From positions 1-64,000 of the forward strand of contig CBDEFO010000003.1 of NCBI GenBank assembly GCA_965237525.1: a DNA stretch of 64,000 nucleotides, read 5' to 3'. Numbering within the stretch: position 1 is the first letter of the stretch; each line of letters opens with the position of its first letter. This document shows, piece by piece, positions 10,159 to 20,831 of this stretch. The stretch is from Candidatus Latescibacterota bacterium (GTDB taxonomy: Bacteria > Latescibacterota > CBDEFO01). The translations under genes and the position numbers were made by a program. A model generated the notes under the pieces. It had not been told where the DNA came from and did no database searches. It worked only from the letters and a program-made list of their open reading frames with translations.

Positions 10159-13100
10159 CTAACGCATCAGCATCACTTTCCGTGTATATGTCCTTTCATT
10201 GGTTTCCAATGTATATGTCCGTTCATTGATTTTCAATTGGACTATATACATGCCGCTCGCTACTAGTTGCCCACTCTCGTCTTGTCCATTCCAAATTACC
10301 GCATACTCTCCTGCGGACTGTAATTCCTCCGGCATCAACACCTGCACACGTTGACCTAACAAATTGTAGATGGACAACTGTACCCGGGCTGTCTCCGGTA
10401 ACTGGAACCTTATGGTAGTAGTCGGATTGAACGGATTAGGTGATGTTTCCAGACCTATATCTGAAGATGCTCCTGATGCTGTTGAAGCTGAGGCGATTGG
10501 TTGAGAGGCTTCTCTTCCCGCAGGCGGTGGAGGCAAATCCTCTACGCCCAGAAGAACCATCCAAGCGCCATAAGCCACAGGGTGATTCGGATAATCTCGC
10601 AATATCGGTTCTAACAATTGTCGAGCTCGTGTCTCGTCTTTCATGTAGTACATGTACACTTCACCCAGGGACTTCTGTGCAGAGAGCCGGTCGTCCAAAA
10701 TCCTCTGCTTCTATCATCTCCTGCTCATACGCAGCTATAGCGGCATTGTACTGCCCATCAGCTACCAGGGCCTGACGCCACAGAGCAACTACTTTGCGCC
10801 GCACGGAGGCTGCCGGATGACTCGAAGCCAGGGCGTCAAACCGACTGATTACGGAGCTTAAATCTGTTCCTCTATGGAGTGCAGCCCGAAAAAGGCCATC
10901 GGCGGCACGCTCTACCATTTCCACCTCAAAGGATTCCAGCAAAAGCTGATCGTAAAGTCCTACGGCAACGTCGTACTGCCGATTCTCCTCTGCCAGCAGT
11001 GCTTGTATCAGACGCTCCTCTTGCAAGGACACTTCTCTGGCCAACGCGACAGGTTTGAAGTTTGTCGCTGTGTCGTAGGGCACGTAGTCAACTTCAGAAC
11101 TAGGAGAAAAGAGTACAGCGGGATCTGGAGAATCAGTCCCCCACCAATTGAATTCTGCATTAATAGAAGCGTAAGAGTATCCTGTGTCGATGAATATAGC
11201 TTTCCCCCCCGCAGTATCGTAGATATCATTATCACCGGGATTAGAGCTAAGGCCAAGCTTAGGGTTTGAGTCCTTCTGGCAGTAGATCTCTGCTTTCGTG
11301 CTGCCCCCGTTGTTGACGATCTTGTTTTTTCTTCCAGTTGTACCCGTGCCCTCGAGTATCGGATCAGAATCGTTCCACAAGCGGAGCCCCCACCAACTGT
11401 TTCCAGTAATCACGTTGTTCCCGAATGTGGGACTAGCATTGTTAAAGAGGTACACTCCTTCAAAGGTGTTGGTATCAATCTCACAGTCATGGAACGAAGA
11501 AGGAGAACTGCTGTCCATATATACCCCTATGTTATCGTTGTCCTTACTTTTGTTGTCATGAACATTAGGCACTGAACTGGAGTTAAGGGAAAGGCCAGTG
11601 GTGTTAAATTTCAACGTGTTGTTCCTGATTTTACCTCCGCTGCCCATTCCCACGGTCTTGATCCCTATTGTCGAGTACGTGATGGTGTTGTCATGGATAT
11701 CCGGAGCAGCATTATCGACATAGACACCGTATTTCGCGTTTTTAATGTTGCAAAACTTCACGTAACTGGCGGCGCTTGCATCCTTCTCAAAGACGATGCC
11801 GTACCACGTTTCCTTCGTGTTACTACTAGTCTCGTCCCTGAAGATAATATTACTAGAGGCTCCACCGTTCGCTTTCAGCGTACCACCATCATTAACAATA
11901 AGCTTTGAGTTAGTTGTAGAGACCTCGACTGTCATGCCTGGATCTATGGTCAGGGTTACTCCAAAGGGTACTGTAACATTTCCTGTCATCTGTACGAACT
12001 TGTTCGGAGACTTCCACTCGAATTCCCTCAGATCCGAGTTGCTCTACAGAGTACCAGACGCTACTCTGTAGAGCCAGGAGGCACCAGCAGCATCTCCATC
12101 CTCCAGAGTTCTCCTACACGTGTAATTACAAGCCGGTTCTGTATTACTTGTCCAATACATAGTATTCAGTGAGTCTTCATTTGCTACATGTGGGTGCTGC
12201 AGGCCAATGTCATGTCCGAATTCGTGAGTGGCTGTGCTCTGCAGATCTTTATCGCTACCCGAATGCCCAGTAATCTTCCAGGTATAATAAGTGTTGAATT
12301 GTATATCGAATTCTACAATTTGTAAATACCCATCTATCGTTTTCACTCTTGGATTCGCTAGGGCTGCCCAACCCACTTGGCTTCCCTTACTTACGAAACT
12401 TATGGTATTTGTGTCATCAACAGCAAACCCCAGTGTAGTATCACCGGCGTTGTTAAGCTTGACATAAGAGTCCGGGACGTTGTTCCACGTATTGGAAGCA
12501 TTTTCTATTGCAGTTCGAGTATCACCTTCGGAGATTCCGGATAAACTATCCGGATTAATATAGTAATCGATTCCAGCTTCAGCCTTGGAATCATCCCAAA
12601 GTGTTACTTATTCTGAGTATGCCCCGCCTTCATGGAAAACACGAAATTTATTATCGAGTGCCTTAGCAACTTTCGCGGCGAATGGAGCCTCCCATCCTAC
12701 TTTTTCACCACGGGCACTTGCCCTTACTTTGTCTCTAAACTCCTGAAGGGACAGATTCCTATCCTTTCCATGGACCTTCTTTATCTTCAAAATCCGACCA
12801 TTAACAACTGGGACCGTGCCGTGCGTCATTCCGACAACCCTATAGTTGTTTTCCGTGCCTTTCTTAAGGAAAAGAAAATATTCTGCCCCGACATCAAGCC
12901 AGGGCGCATCAATAGTATAATGTGTTTCGTTTCCAATTTGGCCTCCTCGTGTCCTAATTATAATTTCCTGCTGGGGAACTTCCCCTAACACAACCTCAAG
13001 TATCGTGAAGGAGGTGTAAGTATACATCCAGCGTGTTTCTTCATCCCGTTTCGTTTCTTGATTAGTGGCTGTTCCGCGTATTACAAAATCGGAATGTGAA

Positions 13101-13231
13101 ATAAAAAAGTCTTCCGATGTAGTGTGCCACGTTGTTGCTTCTACGGTAGAAACGGCCAGCAACACATAAATGCTAATGATAGTTATAGCACAGGGCTGTT
13201 TCAGCGATTTAAGAATTCTCTCAGTCGTCAT
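10159..13231 (-). pseudogene. Large secreted protein (N-terminal domain + matrixin-type Zn metalloprotease + parallel beta-helix + TPR-like region + FlgD/T9SS-like CTD), interrupted
   Basis: One frame continues through TAA 12608-12610 and TAG 12044-12046; +1 T near 10698; HEFGHDIGLQH zinc motif; NosD-like repeats; PNPFNP...WNGQDESG..VASGMY tail. Confidence 0.8.
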
Positions 13232-13261
13232 CGTTAATCTCCATTGTAAAAAGTGACTTAA

Positions 13262-14780
13262 AAGCCTTGTGAAAAACCCTTAGATTCAGAAAGTAGTATA
13301 GAACAAGCATTGATAAAGCAGTTCCGATGTATTATATTATGTTATTGATAATATTATACATGGAGGAAACAATGACCCCACAAAAGCAGGAACAGACAAA
13401 TCCGATGTTTCACTATTTTCAGATGGAGGATTTAGTTCCCGAGGATCATATCCTTCGTCAGATTGATGAGGCAGTTGATTTTTCATTTGTACGAGACGTT
13501 GTATCAGATTGTTATTGCCCTGACAATGGCAGACCCGGTATTGATCCTGAATTAGTTGTTCGAATGATCCTTATTGGCTATCTGTATAATTTGAGTGAGA
13601 ATCGGCTCTGTCAGGAAGTGGGGATGCATGCGGCATATCGGTTGTTTTGTCATCAGACATTTGATGATGCGGTTCCGGATAGGAGCACGATCAACAAGCT
13701 TCGCAATCACAAGTGGGCATCCAGTGGGTTGTTTGAACGGATAATGCGTCAGGTAGTCCAGTGTTGCATAGATGTCGGTCTTGTGAGCGGTAAACACCTT
13801 AGTGTCGACGGCACTCAGATACAAGCTGATGCTTCAGTGAAAAGTATTGAGCCGATAGAACCCCCTGTTTCTCTTGATGATTATCTCAAGGGAATCGGTT
13901 TTGAAGGTGATAAGACAAAGGGTAGGTCCGGGCATCCTCAGGATAAAGACTTTCATGGTGAAAAGTGGACGAACCAAACACACCGTTCGACTACAGACCC
14001 CGACGCGCGCTTATACAGCAAATCGAAGGGCAAAGGGGCTTTTCTCTCGTTTATGGGCCATGATCTGATCGACACAAAAAGCAGAGTAATCCTTGAGACT
14101 CAGGGCACGCAGGCGACAGGGACAGCAGAGCCCGAAAGTGCCCTTAAGATGGTAGATGACCTTGAAACATACACCATGCCCAAAGACATTCAGACACTTA
14201 GTGCCGATACCGGTTACGGTTCTGGTAATTTTATCACTGATGTACTTGACCGGGGAATCATACCCCATATTCCTCTGCGAGCCGATGAGAAGATTGAACC
14301 GATTCCTACATGGAAAAACAAGACAAATCCAGCACATATTCAGGCCGAACGGGATAGAAAAGTGCGAGAGGCGAAAGCCAGAAATCATGCACGGTCTATC
14401 TCATTAACAGCTGACTACAAACTCTCCCGGAGACTCCGTAAACGCAGTGAACATATCTTTGCTGAAGCCAGGCAACAACACGGTATGGGACGAGCCCGTT
14501 ATAGAGGACCAGCCTCACTGAATGAACAGTTGAATCTTGTTGCAACAGCACAGAATCTCAAGAGGCTTGTATCTTTCATAAGAAGGGGGAAAGCGTCTAT
14601 GTGTGCCCTGTCTGTCAAAGACAGTGCATCCTGTTCTTCAAACAGCTCCTATTCCTTGCTGACCAGAACTCTGATAAGACTATTTTGCTTATTCCACAGC
14701 AAAACGATACGATATGCTACTCTTTGACCCATAATCGGCGCTTCAGACGCTGCCTGGGACATAACTATTTCACAAGGCTT
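13262..14780 (+). mobile_element. IS1182-family insertion sequence, copy 1 (1519 bp)
   Basis: Terminal IRs AAGCCTTGTGAAA / TTTCACAAGGCTT, flanked by TTAA at 13258-13261 and 14781-14784. Confidence 0.9.
13372..14727 (+). CDS. IS1182-family DDE transposase, intact
   Basis: LVPEDHILR, GRPGIDP, VDGTQI, STTDPDARL, ADTGY, R..SEHIFAEAR; GGAGG ribosome-binding site before ATG 13372. Confidence 0.9.
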   Translation: MTPQKQEQTNPMFHYFQMEDLVPEDHILRQIDEAVDFSFVRDVVSDCYCPDNGRPGIDPELVVRMILIGYLYNLSENRLCQEVGMHAAYRLFCHQTFDDAVPDRSTINKLRNHKWASSGLFERIMRQVVQCCIDVGLVSGKHLSVDGTQIQADASVKSIEPIEPPVSLDDYLKGIGFEGDKTKGRSGHPQDKDFHGEKWTNQTHRSTTDPDARLYSKSKGKGAFLSFMGHDLIDTKSRVILETQGTQATGTAEPESALKMVDDLETYTMPKDIQTLSADTGYGSGNFITDVLDRGIIPHIPLRADEKIEPIPTWKNKTNPAHIQAERDRKVREAKARNHARSISLTADYKLSRRLRKRSEHIFAEARQQHGMGRARYRGPASLNEQLNLVATAQNLKRLVSFIRRGKASMCALSVKDSASCSSNSSYSLLTRTLIRLFCLFHSKTIRYATL

Positions 14781-14908
14781 TTAAAATTTGTCGGATAAAG
14801 GCACATGGTATCCATCTTTGATAAAGTTAGAGAGAAGAGAATGGAGAATCAAGACAGGGAAGTTAAAAAGTTGAGGATTGAGGTTTTCTGTGGGTTTGTG
14901 TTAGCTGG

Positions 14909-15872
14909 CTATTTGTAAAGGGGTCTTAAGTCTTTATGGCTATTATGTCTTTGGGTATTTAAGAACCATTGATAGGTTTGGAGCTTTAGGTAAAGGTTGA
15001 TAATCTGGACGGTGTCGTAGAATTCGTTTTCGATTAGGCCGTGGGCGCGTTCTACATCGGATTGCTGGGTAGTTGCTCCAGGTGGGATGCGTTTTTGTTT
15101 TACGCCTTGTCGTTCGATAAGGATGGTAAAGAGGGTCTTTTTGAGGGCATCCTTATGTATTGACGAGTTCTGTTCCGTTATCGGTCTGGATTTTTCGTGG
15201 ATAGACCTTGTGGTTTTGGAGGTGTTGGAGCAGAGCACAGGCCAAGATAGAGGAGTTGATCAGGCCCTGTTCGTCTCTCAGGCTTACAAACAGAGCCCCT
15301 GTTTTGACGTCTCTGGCACTATACTCGAACGTACGGAGTGGCACCTGTTTTGTAATGTTGTTTCAAGTAGTTGGGGATATCGCACAGATGTTTGACATCG
15401 GTCTGAATATGTTCAAAGGGGCGTAGTTTATCTTTCCACTGGCAGGCAAGTTTCTTTCTCTTCCATCTTCGCCTGCGTTTCTTTATGAGATTGTTTTTTT
15501 CCAGATAGCATAGGCAGTCGGCTTGGAGGGAATTTGATCAGTTGGAACATTTTGTTTTTGGAGAAAACCCAATAGATACGGATATCCCAAAGAAGGATGG
15601 GTCTGTCGGAACTTTACAATCAGCTTTCTGATCTCCTCCGGTAACAAACAGTGAGGGTTTATGGGTGCTTTCGTATGATTTTCTAGACTCTTTATGGATC
15701 GGTCTTCAAGATAACGTTTCACCCATTTTCTTATACTCTTGCGTGTTGTATTAAAAGCCCTTGCAGCATACGAGACACCGTATTGTTGAGCAGCCTGAAC
15801 CATCTTGATACGCAGATCAACAGGATTAGGATTAAGAGCAAGAACATCGCTATAAGTAATTGCATTCTCCAT
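14909..15872 (-). pseudogene. IS481-like transposase remnant, several frameshifts
   Basis: HTH segment (AARAFNTTRKSIRKWVKRY) followed by rve core pieces IQTDNGTE and VERAHGLIENEFY in different frames. Confidence 0.7.
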
Positions 15873-16302
15873 GTGTATCTACCCTCCTTTTTTCGATCCT
15901 AACCTAAATATAGGCAAAATTATCCCATGAGGGTGGATACCATGTGTCTTTACTCTTCTGCAGTCTATCGTTCGACTTGACTTTCGACATGAAATTTTGT
16001 ATTATTGTTTTTTGAAGGGTGAGCATACTTGTAAACAGGGGCTGTTTTCTCGTTTGGATGATAGAAGTCCCCTTTCCAGAGTAGCTGTCTAATGAGAGGG
16101 AACTCTATGACTTCAAGTGAAGAGTCCTTATGTGGGTTATAGGGGATGATCGAGGTGGTACGAGAGCGAGAGGCTCCCCCCTAACCTGAAGGCAATAGGA
16201 AATATCCCCATTGTCATCGGCGCCGAAGCCACATTTCTGAAAAAAACAAGCACTAGATCAGCACTGTGGCACTCTGCGTCACACCTGTAGCACTTTGCTG
16301 GC

Positions 16303-17196
16303 ATGTCAGAAGATAATCTCAACGGTATGTGGCGAAACCTCATCGAAAATCAGAACTCCGACGGCGGATGGGGATATTTTCCGGGCAAGATAAGTTCGAC
16401 TGAGCCCACCGTGCTGTCGCTGATGGCGATCTGCTTTCTGAGAGATCGCCAGTACGAAGAAGCTGCAGTGCGAGGGATTGAGTGGCTTTTAGATGCGCAG
16501 AACGAGGATGGGAGCTGGCCTACTTGGCTTGGGGACAAAGAGCCTTCCTGGACCACCCCTTTGGCCCTTTTGTCCTTGAATTCATTCAACAAATACCAGA
16601 ACTCCTGTAAGCGCGGTGCAGACTATCTTCTTGGCGCCTACGGCGAGCAGATAAGCGATCCGGGGCCGAGCAGGCTGGATGGGAGCCTGAGAGGATGGCC
16701 CTGGTATAGAGGTACCTTCAGCTGGATTGAGCCGACCAGCTACGCCATCATTGCTCTCAAGAAAATGAGACCCTACTTGGACAGCCTGGATGCCATAGAG
16801 TACCGCATCCGGGAGGCGGAAAAGTTACTTATAGACAGAATGTGCTCAAAAGGCGGGTGGAACTACGGAAACGCTAATGTCATGGGCGCCGAATTAGATC
16901 CATTTCTCCCTCCTACGGCTATAGCTTTGATAGCACTGCAGGATAAAAGGGAACTGCCAGAAGTTGAGCTCAGCCTTGAGCGCCTCAAAAATGAACTGCG
17001 AACTCAATCCTCAGGTCTAATTTTGGGCTGGGCTATCCTCTGCTTTCACATCTTCGGTGTTCCCTACGACGAACTTCAGGAAAAACTGGAGAGAATTTAT
17101 GTCGAAGGCCGCTTCCTAGGGAGTATATGTACGACGGCTCTGGCCGCTTTTTCTCTTCAGGTGGATAAAGGTCCAAATTTTCTGTTGCTGACCTGA
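16303..17196 (+). CDS. Prenyltransferase/squalene-oxidase repeat protein
   Basis: QW-type repeats QNSDGGWGY, AQNEDGSW, GGWNYG. Confidence 0.75.
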   Translation: MSEDNLNGMWRNLIENQNSDGGWGYFPGKISSTEPTVLSLMAICFLRDRQYEEAAVRGIEWLLDAQNEDGSWPTWLGDKEPSWTTPLALLSLNSFNKYQNSCKRGADYLLGAYGEQISDPGPSRLDGSLRGWPWYRGTFSWIEPTSYAIIALKKMRPYLDSLDAIEYRIREAEKLLIDRMCSKGGWNYGNANVMGAELDPFLPPTAIALIALQDKRELPEVELSLERLKNELRTQSSGLILGWAILCFHIFGVPYDELQEKLERIYVEGRFLGSICTTALAAFSLQVDKGPNFLLLT

Positions 17197-17424
17197 AATT
17201 AACCCGTAATCTCTTTATTTACACTAATTAACGGTCAGAAATGGAGGAACTATAAATAGGCAGATAGGGGTACTGCCTCCCCCCTTATCCCCGATAGATT
17301 CAATCGGGGCAGCGTAGCAATCTCACTGAATGCCTTTTTTCCGAACGTTTTCAGTTGTGTTGTAGGGTTATTTTGATCTCATATATATAGAGAGTTTAGT
17401 CTTTAAAGAGGAATTTTAGGATAT

Positions 17425-18456
17425 ATGCACACTAGACGAGAATTTTTAAAGTCGCTTTCTTGTCTTACCCTCTCGTCGACGGTCTTCGGACTTTACTCCT
17501 GCAAGGGAGAAGAGCCTGATCTGGATCGCAGAAAGACAGCGCTTGTTCATAGATGGCCACCCTCTAAGGTTGCTGTCCTCAAGGCAAACAGTTACGAATC
17601 GGACCTTGTGGGCATCGTTCTTGAAGGTATCAAAGCCTGCAATCTGAGCGTGAAAGGCAAATCGGTCGTCCTAAAACCCAATATCGTGGAATATGACCCC
17701 GATACGGTCATAAATACCCATCCTGCCGTAATCGGGGCCGCGCTCGAGGCCTTTAAACGTCTGGATGCAAAAAGTGTGGTCGTAGCTGAGGGACCAGGAC
17801 ACAGACGGGACACGGAATTCCTCGTCTATTCAACGGGACTTGTCTCTATCTTAAAGGAACTGTCTGCAGAATATATCGACCTGAACGTGGACAATCTTGT
17901 AAAGACCCGGCTTCGGTCTTTCTACAGAGATGAAAATCATATCTGGCTGCCTGAGACGATAACCAGAGCTGACATCATCGTCTCCATGCCCAAGATCAAG
18001 ACTCATCATTGGGTAGGCACCACGCTCTCTATGAAGAACATGTTCGGCGTCGTGCCCGGTGTCAAGTACGGCTGGCCCAAGAACGTCCTGCACTGGCGCG
18101 GACTTGAGAAAAGCATAATAGATATAGTCAAAGTGTCGCGACCATCTTTTGCCATTGTCGACGGAATCGTGGGCATGGAAGGAGATGGTCCCATAAATGG
18201 AACTCCGAAAAAGTGCAGTGTTTTAGTTTTTGGGACGGACCTTGCCGCTGTAGATGCTTCCTGCACAAGGATCATGAACATTAATCCTGAAAGGATCGCC
18301 TATATGGATCTCGCCCAGAGGTTTTTGGGAAATGTAGACGAAGAAAGAGTTGTTCAGATCGGTGAGAAGATCGAGCATGTCAGGACCGATTTTGGAGTGA
18401 TTGGACGGCTGAAGATCTTAAAAGAGTTGAACTTTGAGATTTGTATGAAAAAATAA
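17425..18456 (+). CDS. DUF362 family protein with Tat (lipo)signal
   Basis: MHTRREFLK...LYSC; VLKPN, VAEGP, PKIKTHH, TLSMKNMFG, GMEGDGP. Confidence 0.8.
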   Translation: MHTRREFLKSLSCLTLSSTVFGLYSCKGEEPDLDRRKTALVHRWPPSKVAVLKANSYESDLVGIVLEGIKACNLSVKGKSVVLKPNIVEYDPDTVINTHPAVIGAALEAFKRLDAKSVVVAEGPGHRRDTEFLVYSTGLVSILKELSAEYIDLNVDNLVKTRLRSFYRDENHIWLPETITRADIIVSMPKIKTHHWVGTTLSMKNMFGVVPGVKYGWPKNVLHWRGLEKSIIDIVKVSRPSFAIVDGIVGMEGDGPINGTPKKCSVLVFGTDLAAVDASCTRIMNINPERIAYMDLAQRFLGNVDEERVVQIGEKIEHVRTDFGVIGRLKILKELNFEICMKK

Positions 18457-18605
18457 TACAATTAGATTTTTGACTTGCGATAAGGCGTTCTTATCCTATA
18501 TTTGCGTCAGGCAGGCCTCGCAGTGATCATACCGGAAGAAAGGTGGAACTTAACAGTCGTCGAGTATTTCAATTAAGAAAGGAGATAAGCTTTTCAGCTT
18601 TATAA

Positions 18606-19172
18606 ATGATTTCCACTTTCACAGGGCTGGGCAATTTGAAGAGAATGCCCCGTCTTAGTCCCGAATCTTTTAATAGGAGTTCGCAAAAGATGAAAGAATC
18701 AAGGGGCGTTTACCCATCTATAGATGTTGACGATATCAGGGATTCCTGTGAATGGAAGACCTTTGAGAGGGCGTACGAGTACGTGTCTTCGGCTGAACTT
18801 AGAAAGCGGATAGTATGGGAGAACCTCTTAGGAGCAGAGATTGTGGGAAACTACGGTATTTATCAGGTGTCAATTGAGGTGGAAAAGGACAATTTGAACG
18901 CCCAGTGTACCTGTCCTGCTGAGATGGATTTCTGTAAACACGCTGTGGCTTTGGGGCTAACATGGATTGAAGATCCGGAAAGCTTTTTCAATATCAATCA
19001 GCTTATGGACGGTCTAAGAGGGAACTCCAAAGATTATTTACTCGATATGATCGTTCAGATAGTGACTACCTATCCGTACACTCTAAGCGTATTTGGGATC
19101 GAGGGATTCGAGGAAGAGGAGGATTGGGATGAGGAATGGGACGATTGGGGAGGCGACGATGAAGACGATTAA
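18606..19172 (+). CDS. SWIM zinc-finger protein (start may be downstream)
   Basis: CTCPAEMDFCKH (CxC...CxH); acidic W-rich tail. Confidence 0.75.
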   Translation: MISTFTGLGNLKRMPRLSPESFNRSSQKMKESRGVYPSIDVDDIRDSCEWKTFERAYEYVSSAELRKRIVWENLLGAEIVGNYGIYQVSIEVEKDNLNAQCTCPAEMDFCKHAVALGLTWIEDPESFFNINQLMDGLRGNSKDYLLDMIVQIVTTYPYTLSVFGIEGFEEEEDWDEEWDDWGGDDEDD

Positions 19173-19328
19173 CACGGTAAGAATTTGCTACAGGGAACGC
19201 ATAAGGCACTTCACTATAGGCACGGTTGAAAATTTCTTTTCAGAATTGTGATAGTGCTCACGGTGAGTCTATCGCATATGTCATATATTTCCTTCAAAGG
19301 GTGCGGTTTACCTCAATTCACAAAACTC

Positions 19329-19357
19329 TTGACAAACGGGTCAGTTATAGATATACT
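19329..19357 (+). promoter_or_regulatory. Sigma70-type promoter for the pilin-like gene
   Basis: TTGACA-N17-TATACT. Confidence 0.6.
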
Positions 19358-19550
19358 TATACAGGAATTTTTGTGAACTGGGGCTCAAGCGCAAACCTAA
19401 AGGACCCTACATCGAGGTGCAAATGTAATTTTAGAGGTATTTTCTGTCATACCGTTTTAGAAAAGGAGGTGAAAGCTCTACTCGGTGGACATTTTCGACG
19501 TTTAAACAGATTTTCCTTAGTGGAAAGTAAAGAGTAAGGAGGATGTAAAG

Positions 19551-19982
19551 ATGGGTCAAACTCAGATCTTGATGATCGTCCTTTCGGTGATCATCGTAGG
19601 AATCGTTGTCGCAGTAGGGATAACAACACAGTGTGGTGAAAGTGCCGTTCAGGCTAACGAGGACGCTGTGGTTGCGAATTGTCAGCGGATGGTATCGGCC
19701 GCTGCGCAGCATTACAGTAAGCCGACTAGTATGGGCGGTGGCGAACGCACTTTTACTGGTATAACACTTACCACGCTGAATATGGCCTCCTCAGACGACA
19801 CTGGCTCGTATGATATCGACGGGTCGGGCACCGACCTTGAGATTGTTGGGGTAGGCCTTGAGCCTAACTCTGACGGAAATGTGGCCCAGGTAAACATGGA
19901 CTACGATGCCACTGATTCGTCGACCACCATTGCCATAACCAAAGTTGCGGCAGGGACAACAGCTGCGGCTACAGCCAGCTGA
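19551..19982 (+). CDS. Type IV pilin-like protein
   Basis: MGQTQILMIVLSVIIVGIVVAVG hydrophobic N-terminus; strong AAGGAGG ribosome-binding site; lies just upstream of a PilC-like gene. Confidence 0.6.
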   Translation: MGQTQILMIVLSVIIVGIVVAVGITTQCGESAVQANEDAVVANCQRMVSAAAQHYSKPTSMGGGERTFTGITLTTLNMASSDDTGSYDIDGSGTDLEIVGVGLEPNSDGNVAQVNMDYDATDSSTTIAITKVAAGTTAAATAS

Positions 19983-20077
19983 TCTAAAAAGAACCAAGCT
20001 ACGCTTCAAGAATGTTAGTTGACATGGGGCAGGTTCTCTGCGCGAACCTGCCTTTGTCTTTGAAAGGGGGCTTTTAA

Positions 20078-20692
20078 ATGGCCGATTTTCGCTATCAGGG
20101 AGCCAGTGCCTCGGGAAGGCAGGTGCAGGGTGTCCTTAGAGCCAATAATAAAGCGGAGGCCAAAAAGACGCTGGAAGAAATATGTAGAAAGCGCCAGGTA
20201 CGTCTGATCAGCATTCAGAAGAAAGCTACGTTCACCTACAAGATTCAAAAGGGAAATGAAAAGCCCATAAAAGGGGAACAGCCGGCCTTTAGCAAGGAGG
20301 AGGTCGAAAGTGCCCTCCAGAAGATGGGGTATAAGGTCTTAAGCGTCAGGAAGAAGCCGTTCGACTTCAAGCTCAAGCCTCCGGCCAAGGACGTCTCGTT
20401 GTTCATCAGAATATGCGCTAGTTCGGGAAACTCGGCGCTCTTTCAGGCGAGAGTTGCCGGTTTCTTATTGGAAGACCACTTCCAGCCGGGGTTCATGCTG
20501 GACCTGATGAAAAAGGACGTGGGACTGGCTATGGCGATGGGCAAGGAAATGGATATACCGATGCCTTTAGGGTCCATAGCCTATGAGTTATATGCGGCGG
20601 CCAGCGCGATGGACCTGGGAACGAAGGACTTTTCGGCGGTGTGCAAGGTCCTGGAGAAGATGGCGAGAACACATATAGTCAAGAGGGAATGA
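20078..20692 (+). pseudogene. Chimeric ORF: PilC/T2SS-F N-terminus fused in frame to a beta-hydroxyacid dehydrogenase C-terminal domain
   Basis: aa 1-114 MADFRYQG...G.L.A...A...DVSLFIR (PilC-like); aa 115-204 SGNS...FQPGFMLDLMKKDVGLA...G.KDFSAV (NAD_binding_11-like). Confidence 0.75.
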
Positions 20693-20831
20693 AAGGAATT
20701 CACCTTCTGTCTCCAGTGTTCTTTTTCTTAGCATCAATACAGGCGTAAGGACGCTGATCCAGATTTTGAAGATTTTGCTCTCACTGTCTTTTCCATAGAA
20801 GTCCAAAAACCGTAGAAAGTGGAGAGTAAAT

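Noticed and set aside
12044..12610. Stop-codon readthrough or recoding (TAG/TAA)
   Set aside because: Both codons end ordinary genes here; no pyl genes or suppressor tRNA seen; two different stop types in one gene fit decay better
16133..16190. Hairpin resembling group II intron domain VI or a T-box antiterminator
   Set aside because: No domain V or specifier stem recognisable; similarity too weak
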